A DNA stretch of 62,739 nt, filler included, from Asterionella formosa (GCA_002256025.1; 9 parts of 9 records of this genome joined end to end with filler, not necessarily neighbours in it), one strand, 5' to 3'; positions 36,578 to 48,332 are shown, counted from the first letter of the whole stretch. The notes: generated by a model not told the origin, from the letters alone. Numbers and translations are program-made.

Positions 36578-37297
36578 GGTGGTTTCTGGGACTGTATTTC
36601 GGTTGTTCTTTTTTCGTTGTGATGGCGTCGGCGCGGAGTTCGTCAGCCATCACACGCACGACTAACAATAAAAGGGTACTCCGGTGAATCTGTGGTCGGA
36701 ACCTATCCGGTGTACTACCAGTAACGGTATTGTACTTCCATTTCAATTAGCGACACTACCGATACCACCTTCTGTAGTCTAGTACTTGGCGAAGTATAGA
36801 GCACATTTGAGAAGTAGCAATGCATTTGTATTGTGACTGCAACTTCCGCTGATTTCCAACAGACTCTCCTTGCGTGGACGCAACCATTCTTCATTTCTTG
36901 CATGAAATCACATTGTTTGGTGTATCTATCACATAAAGAAGATTCCACAGCCTTCCTAAAACATTTACTACCGTCGACTAGAATGAGAAAGTACGGCAGT
37001 AATCCCCCGATTGTACAATCAGTAGCTAGATATTATTGTACTACCAGATGCTGTGAGAATAAATTTCAAAAGATAGACACACAAGAGAATCATGTGGGAC
37101 ATCGACCATTCAATCCCCACTGATGATTAGCAAGTGCTGCTTCCATTTAGATTTAAATGCTGCTTCGAATTACACACAGATACAGAAAAGGAGAATCAGA
37201 TACCAAGAGGCTTTACCACCTCGCATTTTAACTTTTTTAACCTTGCATGATGTATCGCTCGTGACAGCCAGGCCTAATCATTCAGGCTTGTTCGGGC

Positions 37298-38494
37298 CTA
37301 CTTTTTTGGAGCCTTGGCATGTTTGGAGCCCTTGGGAGGCTTAGAAGTAGGTTGCTTAATATTGCTGCCTGAAACAACGGTAGGAGCTTTGACAGGCGTT
37401 GAAGAAGGGCCCTCAGTATTGGCGCTTGGAACCATGGTGGAAGCGTTGACAGGCGTTGAAGAAGGGCGCTTGGTGTTGCTGCCTGGAACCACGGTAGGAG
37501 CTTTGACAGGTGTTGAAGTAGGGCGATTAGTATTGGTACTTGGAACAATGGTGGGAGCTTTGGTAGGCGTTGCAGTAGGGCGCTTAGTATTGCTTCCTGG
37601 AACCACCGGGGAAACAGTGGTACTTGTACTGCAACTAGCCGGACGCCTGGACGACAGCGCACAAATCTGCTGATCAATCCAAGCAACTTGATCAGAGACA
37701 CGGGAGTACACACCTGGGTATGCAGCTGTGGCACACCCTTCTCCCCAAGAAGTGATCCCAATAAGAGTATGCACTCCATTCACAACCATAACCAACGGCC
37801 CGCCTGAGTCTCCTTGGCAGGTATCCTTTCCTCCTCCAGCCACACCAGCACATATCATGGATGCTGCATCAATATTTCCAGAGTACTTTTGGTTGCAAGT
37901 GATCTGAGCCACCGCTTGAACAGTCACTTCTTGCAAGTAAGTAGGGAGGTTTCCCCCTGTTGTGAGGGTGCCAAGACCAACCGCAACAAGATCTTCTCCA
38001 GTTGTTGGGATGGCACTGTTGCGATTGAGATTGACTGGTACCTTATCTACAGGGCTCGTCAACTTCAAGATGAGAAAATCGTTCACATGGGTATTCGGAT
38101 TGTATTTCGGATGGACCACACGCTTCGCGATGGTAGCGAGGACTGCTCCGTTGCTTATCGTTTCGGTTTTGAATGCTCCAACATGGACTGTGTTAGTGGC
38201 GATTTCATTGCAATGGGCAGCAGTAATAACAATGTCGTCATGAATCAAAGATGCTCCACAGCCATAAATCCATTGTGTGTAGTATGGGTATTCTCCAACC
38301 GAGGCCTGGGTACCTCCAACGATACGAGTTTCCAGGTCCCGATCGTTGTTGTTGGCAACAAGGGTTACTTTATCCGATAGAGCAGCTGGTTCGCCATCAT
38401 GGATCTTTGTGAGTAGGCCTCGCAGTGTGGCAACGGTAGGAGTGAAGAGCAAGGTAAAGATGATGATGGCGGATTGAAGGTGAAAAGACAGCAT
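37298..38494 (-). CDS. Secreted trypsin-like serine protease (S1), copy B, with longer Pro/Thr tail
   Basis: Protease domain almost identical to copy A with intact triad. Five 19-aa repeats (VVPGSNTKRPTATPTKAPT-like) at the C-terminus. Confidence 0.93.
   Translation of the reverse strand: MLSFHLQSAIIIFTLLFTPTVATLRGLLTKIHDGEPAALSDKVTLVANNNDRDLETRIVGGTQASVGEYPYYTQWIYGCGASLIHDDIVITAAHCNEIATNTVHVGAFKTETISNGAVLATIAKRVVHPKYNPNTHVNDFLILKLTSPVDKVPVNLNRNSAIPTTGEDLVAVGLGTLTTGGNLPTYLQEVTVQAVAQITCNQKYSGNIDAASMICAGVAGGGKDTCQGDSGGPLVMVVNGVHTLIGITSWGEGCATAAYPGVYSRVSDQVAWIDQQICALSSRRPASCSTSTTVSPVVPGSNTKRPTATPTKAPTIVPSTNTNRPTSTPVKAPTVVPGSNTKRPSSTPVNASTMVPSANTEGPSSTPVKAPTVVSGSNIKQPTSKPPKGSKHAKAPKK
37323..37608 (-). 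repeat. Coding 57-bp minisatellite, 5 units (2 units in paralogue at ~32645-32760)
   Basis: 19-aa periodicity V(V)P(G/S)(S/T)NTKRP(T/S)(A/S)TP(V/T)KAPT in the trypsin tail. Confidence 0.85.
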
Positions 38495-39379
38495 GATTTG
38501 GCTAGTTTTTGTTGTTGTTGCCGGTAACATTATGTGTTCTTGTGTATGATAAGTGGAAGAAATATTTCTTAACTTTCTGAGAAGAGTCATTCTCGACTTC
38601 TCCGTTTTTCCTCTGACGTGTATCGTTGGCATTTCTTTGTTTGACTTGATTGTATGTATGCATACATACTAAAAACAAGTGATTGTTTTTATCAATATAA
38701 GTGTGGAAAATTGTCATTCCCGCACTGTATGCCCTCTCGTATGCTGACGAAGCTCTTTTAGGAAGGTTGGAAAGCAAATCGAACTACTGGGAAGCACCAA
38801 GAAATTAGGTTACGTAAGCAACAGGGTGACGGGTTTGACCGGTAATCATAGAATTTGATGAATCTGATGGCTGCAAAATCGATTGAATTGAATAGTAAAT
38901 CCTGGGCCCACTACCTGATGATCAACAGGCATCCTTTTACGTTGGCAACACAGTTTAATAAAGTGTCTACATCAGTTTTAAGTTTACCTGCTATTTTATT
39001 TAAGTGAAACGCAGCAACTATAGTACCGGTACATTTGCTCAGGGCCTCACAAATCTTGGTTTTCTAAAAAGTTTGCAGCTCGGGAATGTTAATTGTTGAT
39101 CCTCATCCAACCTTTCGGTTGTTGAAAAGGGAAAACCATATTTTGGTTTGCTGGCTTTGAGACGATGAAATCCATGAAGCGGGTAAGTGATACTCGGAGT
39201 ACATAGGAAGCAACATCGAATGTATGTCATGCTTGTGGTCCTATGAAATTTTTAGCTATGTCCGGTCTACCTGAATGTCCGATTTCAGACACTGATATCG
39301 TCCTCGGGGACAGACGCCGATTTGTTTGGATCGTACTTCCAGACATTTCCTGATGTCCGTCATCAACCCGTTATGATCA

Positions 39380-39921
39380 NNNNNNNNNNNNNNNNNNNNN
39401 NNNNNNNNNNNNNNNNNNNNNNNNNNNNNNNNNNNNNNNNNNNNNNNNNNNNNNNNNNNNNNNNNNNNNNNNNNNNNNNNNNNNNNNNNNNNNNNNNNNN
39501 NNNNNNNNNNNNNNNNNNNNNNNNNNNNNNNNNNNNNNNNNNNNNNNNNNNNNNNNNNNNNNNNNNNNNNNNNNNNNNNNNNNNNNNNNNNNNNNNNNNN
39601 NNNNNNNNNNNNNNNNNNNNNNNNNNNNNNNNNNNNNNNNNNNNNNNNNNNNNNNNNNNNNNNNNNNNNNNNNNNNNNNNNNNNNNNNNNNNNNNNNNNN
39701 NNNNNNNNNNNNNNNNNNNNNNNNNNNNNNNNNNNNNNNNNNNNNNNNNNNNNNNNNNNNNNNNNNNNNNNNNNNNNNNNNNNNNNNNNNNNNNNNNNNN
39801 NNNNNNNNNNNNNNNNNNNNNNNNNNNNNNNNNNNNNNNNNNNNNNNNNNNNNNNNNNNNNNNNNNNNNNNNNNNNNNNNNNNNNNNNNNNNNNNNNNNN
39901 NNNNNNNNNNNNNNNNNNNNN
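39380..39921. other. Within-scaffold sequencing gap (second one at 48103-48217)
   Basis: Pure N runs without the TTAATTAATTAA linker. Confidence 0.95.
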
Positions 39922-40174
39922 NTCCAGGTACTACCTGGTACCAGGAACCGAACAGAGCGACCGGTAGCAGTCTATGGACGCGCACCGCTTGTCTGCCTGC
40001 ATGATTATATCATGATTGTACTCAGACATGATTACGCCACCATGATTCATCGGAGGAGAACAAATTTGTCTACGAATGATTACAGTTATATAGACTACCG
40101 TGTACCTCTAGTTTACTATCGGTATCAGTACCACCGGCATACCAAGTCAAGTCAGTGCAAGCATCACAGAGGCA

Positions 40175-41326
40175 ATGAAGCGCGATCGATGGGAGTCATC
40201 GTCCGACGAGGAGCCAGAGGTGTCAGGTCCAACTAATACCAATGCTGTTGGCCCAGTCAATACTTCCCGTGCTTCACATCCGCCTTCCGTCGCTACAATA
40301 AAGCTGACAGCTGCACACAATCTCTCCTTGCCACTGTACAACCCATTGCTTCAGGGGTGTCGATTGGTCTATGATTCCTACGAACGTATCAAGCGATTGG
40401 AAGAAGGAACCTATGGGGTTGTTTGGAAAGCGCGAGATCTTGCCACTCAAGAAATCGTGGCACTGAAACAAATTAAATTCGATTCAGATATGATCAAGGA
40501 AGGATTTCCGCTTACGGCATTGCGAGAAATCAACATCCTGTTGTCGCTTAGTCATGAATCGATTGTCTCAGTGAAAGAAATGGTCGTCGGGTCAGGCTTT
40601 GATAAAGTCTTCATGGTCATGGAAATCATGGAGATGGACTTGAAGGAAGCCATGAAGCGAACGGGGGAGGGGCCCTTCACGCAATCGGAACTCAAGGGGA
40701 TGCTCCATCAAATTCTTGCGGGCATGCAACACATTCATGACAAGTGGTTGCTGCATCGGGATATGAAGACGAGTAATATTTTGGTCCACAGCTCGGGGCG
40801 AGTGGCTATTTGTGATTTCGGTTTGGCGCGCAAATTTCAGCATCCCTTGAAACCATTGACTCAAATGGTCATTACATTATGGTACCGACCACCGGAACTC
40901 CTATTTGGAGAACAAGTATACGGTCCAGCGGTCGATATGTGGTCGATTGGATGTATCATGGGAGAACTTATTACTAAGGATGCTATTTTACAGGGTCAAG
41001 GGGAATTGGATCAAGCAGACAAGATATTTCGGCTCGTGGGTGCCGTCACTCCAGACAATTGGCCAGACTTTGAACATTTACCCAGCTCTGGAATCTTTCG
41101 ATGGAAGTCACACAACAGAGAAGGAGAACTTGCTACGCGATTTCCAGTCAATTCCTCGCTGGGGGGCAACACATTTCTGGATGGGAATGGATTTGACTTG
41201 CTCAAAAAGCTATTGACGCTAGATCCTAAGAAACGAATCGATGCGAACGATGCATTGAATCACAATTATTTCAAAGAGGGAGTCGCAAAGCAAACGCCAA
41301 AATTCTATTTCGATAATCCTCATTAA
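40175..41326 (+). CDS. Cyclin-dependent kinase, CDK11/CDK10/CDKG group
   Basis: EEGTYGVV, VALK, EGFPLTALREI (PITSLRE-type), HRDMKTSN, DFGLAR, VITLWYRPPELL. Confidence 0.92.
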   Translation: MKRDRWESSSDEEPEVSGPTNTNAVGPVNTSRASHPPSVATIKLTAAHNLSLPLYNPLLQGCRLVYDSYERIKRLEEGTYGVVWKARDLATQEIVALKQIKFDSDMIKEGFPLTALREINILLSLSHESIVSVKEMVVGSGFDKVFMVMEIMEMDLKEAMKRTGEGPFTQSELKGMLHQILAGMQHIHDKWLLHRDMKTSNILVHSSGRVAICDFGLARKFQHPLKPLTQMVITLWYRPPELLFGEQVYGPAVDMWSIGCIMGELITKDAILQGQGELDQADKIFRLVGAVTPDNWPDFEHLPSSGIFRWKSHNREGELATRFPVNSSLGGNTFLDGNGFDLLKKLLTLDPKKRIDANDALNHNYFKEGVAKQTPKFYFDNPH

Positions 41327-41358
41327 GCTATTGACTAGACCGCCACTGCTATTTGACA

Positions 41359-43791
41359 TTACTTTTCTTCTCTTCTTGGCAAACTCGATCCTTTCTTCAT
41401 GTTGTTGCCATTATTGTAGGAACCCGGTTTTCGATGCTGTCCACTACCGGTTCCTTTCGTTGTGCTGTTATTGTTGCTGTAGGAACCCATCCCTCCTTTT
41501 GTACCACCAGTGAAACCACCACCCTTTTTATTGTCATTGCCCGTTTTCTGGATTACACGATGTGCCGACAATCGAGAGACATTTCTAATCCAATCACTAG
41601 GAAGTTGATCGACCGTTTGCAAGGACTTCGTCACACCCAGCATCGTCAACATCTCCCCCGGACACGTCTGGATGAGTGCCCGGACGACAAGAGCACTACA
41701 TTCCCCTGCCGCACACGCTGCATCCCAAACATGGCGTGCCATAGTATGTCGTTCAGTGGACCGTGGGTCATTGTGATTTAAAATGGCTTGAAGCATTTGT
41801 GCAAACACCACATGATCTGGCCTGAGTCCAAACCCGAGGGGGTCTGTCACAATATCCATGTACGTTGCCACGGCAATGCGGTAGGGATCCTTGGACTCCG
41901 ATGCCAAAATCTGTTCTACTCCGAAGCCACTATCGTCCATTGTTTGTGGTGGGGTATGGCACGCAGCAGTTAGAACTCCAGTGTAGGAAACAATGCTAGG
42001 CTTGGCTGCATGGTCACCAGCAAGGTAGACATTGACTTGATCGTTGAGAGTGTTCCTAGCATGCCATGCCGACTCGGGATCCTTGGATTTGGACCATGCC
42101 ATTATGAGTGAGGCATAGGAAAACCTATCGGGACGGTCAGATTTGTACAATTCCTTGGATTCTACCATATCATACACGAGAGCGAGCAATTCTGCCACCT
42201 TGGTGGGTGCAGTTTCATCATGAATGGCTCTGGACCAAGCATTCATGACTGTATTAAATGTTGTCAAATCTGGTTTGACGATCCGTTCGATTAGCATACG
42301 ATCTAGGATACGTTGTGCATGTTCTGCAGCTTCCTTCACGTCCGATTGGGCCCATGCATTCAACGCGGCATTGAAGGGTGCTGCTGTGAGTGTCAAGGGT
42401 GAGCGAGTGGTTCTATCCTCTTCGGTATCATGGTCATTGTCATGAATAATCTCTGGAATGTTTGGCATGGGATCTACATCTACTTCTCGTTGACTCTTCA
42501 TCTTTTCGGCCGACTCCACAAACATCCATAGGTACTCTTCCGCCTTGCGTGCCATTCTTGCACGATCTTGTGGATTTTTTTGATGTCGTACTGATTTGGC
42601 GAACGCGTCAATGGCAGAAGTAACGACGATGACATCTGGTTGCACAACCGGATTTAGAAATAGGTCCTTCATAATTTTTTCCACCTTGTAGGTGTTGCCT
42701 GCATTTGCCATAATGAGTGTCGTGTATGTAACAGCATCAGGCGTAACAATCTGATGTTTGTTTGCTGTGGGGTCCTGAAAGTCGTAGGGTACACCAAAGG
42801 TCTTATGATATTGTTCCAAGGCGAGCCTGTGAGCTTTCTTCATTCTTTGAAAAACATTCGTCGAATCCTTGTCTATGTTTAGTTTAGTTTTGCAAAGAAT
42901 TGTCAAAACTTGAGTGTATGCTTTTGTGTTAGGCATGGTTTGATATCCCCTAGTGTTGGCCATTAGCTCCATTTCATCCAAGATCATTAATGCTTCCTCC
43001 TTGACAGGTAAAGGACAATTTTTGGCAGCATATTGAAGTCCCACAAGGTATGTTTTGTATGTTTGCACTGTTGGTTGGCATCCCATGTCCCTCACTTGTT
43101 CCAATGTCAAGTCCAAGTCTTCCGCAATGGTCAATACCTTGCGATCTGGTTGTTCTATCTTCAAAGCTTGGTCAAGCGCATCTTCATCTTTCATTTGTTC
43201 CAGCAGTATTCTCATTCGTTCCATTCCTTGTTCTCCTGCTGTTTTGCCCCACCCAAACATGACCGACTCAAACACATCCGCATTGATGAGAATGGCCGGT
43301 CGTGATGGATCTTGATTTGAAAATCTCTTTTCGTCCAAAAGTCTAAATAGGACTTCTTCTGCCTTTACGATCCACAGTTGGTTGTCTTTTTTGGATCTAC
43401 ATAGGTCCAAAATTAAATCTCTGGACTTTAATACCAAATCTTTAGGATGCATCGTTCCAATGGGCACATCAATAAATAGATTGGCTTGTTCTTCCAAGGT
43501 AGATTCTGGATGTATGTAAACGCGCGAGCCATCGTTTTGGTCATCAAAGTCGTCATAATCATCATGCAAGTATCTGATCTGCAGTGCTCTTGTTGTTGGT
43601 GGTGGTGCTGCTGCTGCAGTGATGCGATGAAAGGAACGATAATGAGTAATGGATGGAATGGAACTGGTGATGCTGCTGCTGCTGCTGCTGCTGCTTCTGA
43701 ATGTCAACCAACGACCCTGATGATGGACCGTAGCTGCAGCAGAAGTTGACCTAATCGCAGTCAATCTCGTTATGATTGTTCTCCGTATCAT
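41359..43791 (-). CDS. Pentatricopeptide-repeat (PPR) protein, probably mitochondrial
   Basis: Arg/Ser/Thr-rich presequence and recurrent PPR motifs (PNTKAYTQVL, PDAVTYTTLI, PDLTTFNTVMNAW, PDRFSYASLIMAW, PSIVSYTGVLTA). Confidence 0.88.
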   Translation of the reverse strand: MIRRTIITRLTAIRSTSAAATVHHQGRWLTFRSSSSSSSSITSSIPSITHYRSFHRITAAAAPPPTTRALQIRYLHDDYDDFDDQNDGSRVYIHPESTLEEQANLFIDVPIGTMHPKDLVLKSRDLILDLCRSKKDNQLWIVKAEEVLFRLLDEKRFSNQDPSRPAILINADVFESVMFGWGKTAGEQGMERMRILLEQMKDEDALDQALKIEQPDRKVLTIAEDLDLTLEQVRDMGCQPTVQTYKTYLVGLQYAAKNCPLPVKEEALMILDEMELMANTRGYQTMPNTKAYTQVLTILCKTKLNIDKDSTNVFQRMKKAHRLALEQYHKTFGVPYDFQDPTANKHQIVTPDAVTYTTLIMANAGNTYKVEKIMKDLFLNPVVQPDVIVVTSAIDAFAKSVRHQKNPQDRARMARKAEEYLWMFVESAEKMKSQREVDVDPMPNIPEIIHDNDHDTEEDRTTRSPLTLTAAPFNAALNAWAQSDVKEAAEHAQRILDRMLIERIVKPDLTTFNTVMNAWSRAIHDETAPTKVAELLALVYDMVESKELYKSDRPDRFSYASLIMAWSKSKDPESAWHARNTLNDQVNVYLAGDHAAKPSIVSYTGVLTAACHTPPQTMDDSGFGVEQILASESKDPYRIAVATYMDIVTDPLGFGLRPDHVVFAQMLQAILNHNDPRSTERHTMARHVWDAACAAGECSALVVRALIQTCPGEMLTMLGVTKSLQTVDQLPSDWIRNVSRLSAHRVIQKTGNDNKKGGGFTGGTKGGMGSYSNNNSTTKGTGSGQHRKPGSYNNGNNMKKGSSLPRREEK

Positions 43792-44191
43792 CGTAAACAG
43801 ATGGTTGATACCTCCACAAGCAAAGAATTATTAGATGAACAAAAAAAATGATAAATGAAATGCCACAGTGAGATGGAGGGCTATCATAAGATATATGGTA
43901 TGACGGGACGAGTTATTTATTATAAGAGCGACCGAGCCACATTAAAAAACTCCGGGCTATTTTAATTTGCTGACTGGCTGGAGCGGCCAGTCAGGATCAG
44001 CATGTTTTCGACAGCCCGTCATTTGTCACTGCTACAACACCAGCCAGCCACCAAGATTTCAACATACTGTATTCATAAGAACTTACTACCTGGTACCGGG
44101 TATACACCGGTCTACCGGTAGAGCCATACCGGTATTACTTACTATTCATTCCATCATTCCATCATTTCATTCTGTACATACTACTGCAGTC

Positions 44192-44923
44192 ATGCCACCA
44201 CCTCAATTGTCTGCTCTGAATGCCCAAGCTCTTGGTTTACCAGAGACACGAGACGAAGATCCATTCACACATGTATTGAATAGTTTCATTCGCATGACCA
44301 TGGCAGGATTTGGTGGCGCCGTGGCAGGACTAGCAATGGCCAAGTCCCATCGACAGAACAAAATGGTACTTGGCGCAGCGGTGGTTCGTCGGGGGAAGCC
44401 ATATCATAGCAGCACTGAATCCTTGCCCACGACGTGGGCTGTGGCATGCATGACATTTGCAGGGATTGTTGAAACGACGCAATTGGCCAATCCAACAAGG
44501 ATCATCGTGCCGGACAATAAGAGATATAGTAAGTACGTGTCGAAGGCATTGGATATGGCGTTGGGTGGAGCCCTGGCTGGAGCTATCTTTAGGGGGGCCA
44601 CCAAATCGATTGCACCACCGAGAATCATGGCGGGGGTGGGACCTGGCCTTGCTTTGGGGGCGCTGGCTGGTGTAGCGCAAGCCACTGCTGAATACGTGAC
44701 GGATGAACTGGAACGAATTGAAGAAGAAAAAGAACGACTGAAAATCGAAACGATGCGACAGCAATTAAGAGAAGCGCAACAAAAGCAACGAGAACTGCTG
44801 GAAGCGGAGATTGCGGCTTTGGACGCTAAGGAAAAAGCAGAAGCAGACCAATTGGCGAACGAGCAGGAGGAAACAACCAGAATAGAGGCAGCCAAGACGA
44901 AACCGTGGTGGAAGATTTGGTAA
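44192..44923 (+). CDS. Tim17/Tim22/Tim23-like membrane protein with C-terminal coiled coil
   Basis: Four Gly-zipper hydrophobic segments (AGFGGAVAG, WAVACMTFAGI, ALGGALAGAIF, GLALGALAG). First ATG is at 44192. Confidence 0.55.
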   Translation: MPPPQLSALNAQALGLPETRDEDPFTHVLNSFIRMTMAGFGGAVAGLAMAKSHRQNKMVLGAAVVRRGKPYHSSTESLPTTWAVACMTFAGIVETTQLANPTRIIVPDNKRYSKYVSKALDMALGGALAGAIFRGATKSIAPPRIMAGVGPGLALGALAGVAQATAEYVTDELERIEEEKERLKIETMRQQLREAQQKQRELLEAEIAALDAKEKAEADQLANEQEETTRIEAAKTKPWWKIW

Positions 44924-45035
44924 TAGACGACGTAGTTTTTTAGTGTATATACACCATACGCTCTCTATACATATATACACTTAGCTCTTGGTGTATTCTA
45001 TATTTATTAGCTGGGTATTTATCGTGTATGATTTT

Positions 45036-48000
45036 TCAGATTTCTAATCCCACGTCAGTGCTGGTGAAAGAACCGCTAATGTGATTGGGAAACCAAAGGT
45101 TTTGGTTGCCACCAAAAACATCCACAGGTGCAGAAAAGTCTACGTTGACGGTTGAATTTCCTTCAACATTGGCCAGCATTTCGTTGGCGATTTGCAATGT
45201 CTGAGCTCCCACATTGGCAGGACTAAACGCCATGCGAGCATAATCTGCTAAAGCCATGGCAACATATGTAAATGAAGGTCGCTTGTAGGAATCTTGGTCC
45301 CAGCAAGATTCGATTATATCACGGAGACGAGGTGGGCACGAGGACGGAATAACCGGTCGTCTCCCCTCGGCTACAGAAAACGCGGCTTGGATTGGGGTCA
45401 TGGTTGCGAACGGGACTTCCCGTGTAATAAGTTGCCAAAGGACAAGCCCGAAGGAATACACATCAGCGTTGCTTGAATACGACTCATGACGAATGACTTC
45501 AGGTGCCATGTAGCGGTATGTTCCGGTCTCGGCTGTCAATTCCTGGCCTGTGTTGGCAATACTCATACCGAAATCGGCAATCTTGGCGCGATGGTCTCTG
45601 GACAACAATACATTGGACGGCTTTAAATCACGGTGAATGATGCTTCGGGAGTGAAGGTATGCCATACCATTGGCAATATCCAGAGCAATGGGCAAGTATT
45701 CGTAATAGCGCGTATGATCAGAAAGCAAAGACAAAAGGGAACCACCCTCACAAAAGTCATAGGCCAAACAAAAGCATTCAGAATCAGCAGCCACTCCGAT
45801 AAGATCACAAACATTAGGATGCTTCAGCATAGCGGCAATGTCAGCTTCTCTACGAAGCTCGTCAACATGGGAAGTATCACCAGTCTCCGGGTTGACGGTG
45901 GCCACCTTCAAAGCGACCATTTCAACACCATAAAATGGAGGAGCAGGAGTCTCCCCGGGCGTGTATCCCCCATGTTGCCAAGCAGCTCTATATATGGTAC
46001 TGACACGGCCAGCCCCAAGTGTCTCGATCAACATCAACTCTTCAAAAGGGATTAAAGGAACAACTCGATCCTCAACGTCAACAAGGCTTCGCTCGATCGG
46101 CGGAGCAGCAGGGACAGTTACATAGTCAAGTACATTATCAAATTCGACACCAAAGTTCGTAGCTTGACGGTTGACAAGTGGTCGACGGCGCCGATTCGCC
46201 ATTGCTTCAGAATTATTACTGTCGGCCATGCTGCTTCTCCTCTCGCTACGAGTGGACGAATCAGGTGTTCCCGGCAAGAAAGGCTGTTGAAGCTGTCCTG
46301 ATGTGCAGCTATTACGCCTCATGGGAACCGATGAAGTGAGAGCATTCGAGCTTAGCACTGCAGAGAGGGGTACCGCGCTCTTCATGGCTTCCGCCATTTC
46401 CTGTGGAGATGCCTCCGCCCCCCACGTTGATGGAGCGTGAAAGTATAGCGGACCCGATGGGGCCTTTTGAAGTTCCCGCGAACGAGGAGAAGAATTGTCA
46501 TCCGAAACAGTTCCAGACGAGGCGGACGCATGCTCATCGAGAATTTGATCCCTTGCCCGTGCCTCGGCCAAAAAGATTTCGATTGAATTGGAGAGTTTGT
46601 CAAGTCGAAGTCTTCCGTTCATTTCAACCGCAAAACGATCCTGGCAAAAAAAGAAAAATATATAATTAGTCACAATATTGGGACATTATCTGTCCACATG
46701 ATAGATTCATTTTGTGGAGTTCGCCACGTACCAGAACAATATTGTCCATACTCAACATGACATCAGCGTCAATGACACGTGAACCGCCGGAGGCCAGGAG
46801 TTTAGTGATGTACTCGAGTAATCCATGTGCATCTTGACAAGAAATAGTAACGAGATGTCTCGAACGCCGTGGTGCTAATCGTTGGCCTCTGGTAGTGACC
46901 GCTCTGCTGTCGCCTCCCCAGTGACTACCTTGCAAGTTAGCAATGTGAACCACGGCCTTGGTGTTGTCTGATCTCGCAGCCGCCAAAAGGCGCATATGTA
47001 CCAGCACTTCTGAAGGCGTTTCAACGCCAAGAGCATAGCGCGGTGGAAGTGCATTGACAAAAGTCTTGACTGTGTTGAGAATTAAATCTCTTTGAAAGGA
47101 CGAGTCTACCCCATAGCTGGTTGGATTCAATAGCTTGGACTCAGCCAAAAATAAATCCGCGACAATCTCACAGAGGTCTGCAATGACTTCCCTCGTGTGC
47201 TCCGCCCTGCGTCGGTTTCTAGATTCGTTTTTGCCACCTTGTCGTCGCTTGGAAGAATCACTAGATTCGTCTGCTTCACGAATGCTCGGAGAGGGCGTTT
47301 CAGACCGATCAATGCCCGAGCTGGCCTTGCGTACATCCATCAAGCGTCGCTGCAAGCTGGCCTCAATGACTTCTCGCTGATACAGCATGTATGAAAAGGG
47401 TGATCCCGATGGCGGGGCCAACGTCCCAAGCTCTTTGCTTGAAATGCATCTGACAGAGAAAGGCATAGGCATAGAGAGAGGAATGAGAGGCAATTTGATT
47501 TGATTATTAGCATGGCTTGTACCTAAGCTGACAGGTTATCACAGTTTAATATCATAAAATGACAACGGATATAACGTACCTCCTAACTGGCGAATTCCTA
47601 GTGTCCTCTGACTTGGCTGCTCTGATGGAACCATGAGCACTCGTCCCGAGGACAGCGCGTAGATCAACCTGCCGGTCCTCCATGGATCTACCAGATGTAG
47701 CTGAAGAACGAAGCAAAGACGAAGTAGTCAACCTGTTCGTGGCACAAAAGTCGCTGGGAGCTGGCGGGGGCTGTCTCGCCATCCCGATGCTGCTGTTCAC
47801 CGTATGCGTAGGTGCCGACCGAGCCATGGCACGACGTACGGAGAAGGAGGAGGGCCCAGAGGCATCGTCTGCTTCCTGCATATGACTAAAACTTGCTGTG
47901 TCCGCCTCTTGACTTTGCAACAGACTTTCGCTTTGGCTTTGCGGGGAACGATGACACTCACTCAAGAGTGCTGTCAAGTTTGACCGCGGCCGTTCTCGCA

Positions 48001-48332
48001 CTGATTGCGAGGAAATCACGATTGAAGGTGAGCGAGTGTCACGTATATGAATGTTGGTCGGACCGCCTTTCTCTGTTTCTTGCTGCTGCTGCTGCTGCTG
48101 CANNNNNNNNNNNNNNNNNNNNNNNNNNNNNNNNNNNNNNNNNNNNNNNNNNNNNNNNNNNNNNNNNNNNNNNNNNNNNNNNNNNNNNNNNNNNNNNNNN
48201 NNNNNNNNNNNNNNNNNCTTGCTGCTGCTGCTGCTGCTGCCGCTGCTGATTCAGTGGTGGAAGCAATCGTCGACCTTCGAAACGTTGGGGCAACGAGGCG
48301 AAGTTTGGTAATGCCAGTGGAGGCTCTTTCAT
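45036..48332 (-). CDS. ACT-domain tyrosine-kinase-like (Raf-like, STY8/17/46-type) protein kinase (exons 48332-47580, 47449-46732, 46640-45036)
   Basis: Introns 47450-47579 and 46641-46731 splice in frame. ALPPRYALGV..EVLVHMRLL is followed by an ACT domain (VTISCQDAHGLLEYITKLL..DADV..DRF) and a TKL kinase (HRDLKPSN, DFG, TAETGTYRYMAPE). A poly-Q tract spans the gap at 48103-48217. Confidence 0.88.
48081..48249 (-). repeat. CAG (poly-Gln) microsatellite interrupted by an assembly gap
   Basis: (GCT)n on both sides of the N run; on the minus strand it reads QQRQQQQQQQ...QQQQQQQETEK. Confidence 0.85.

Noticed and set aside
39322..40236. Long ORFs running through N runs (also 47893-48376 and ORFs ending in LIN)
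   Set aside because: They are open only because Ns contain no stop codons.
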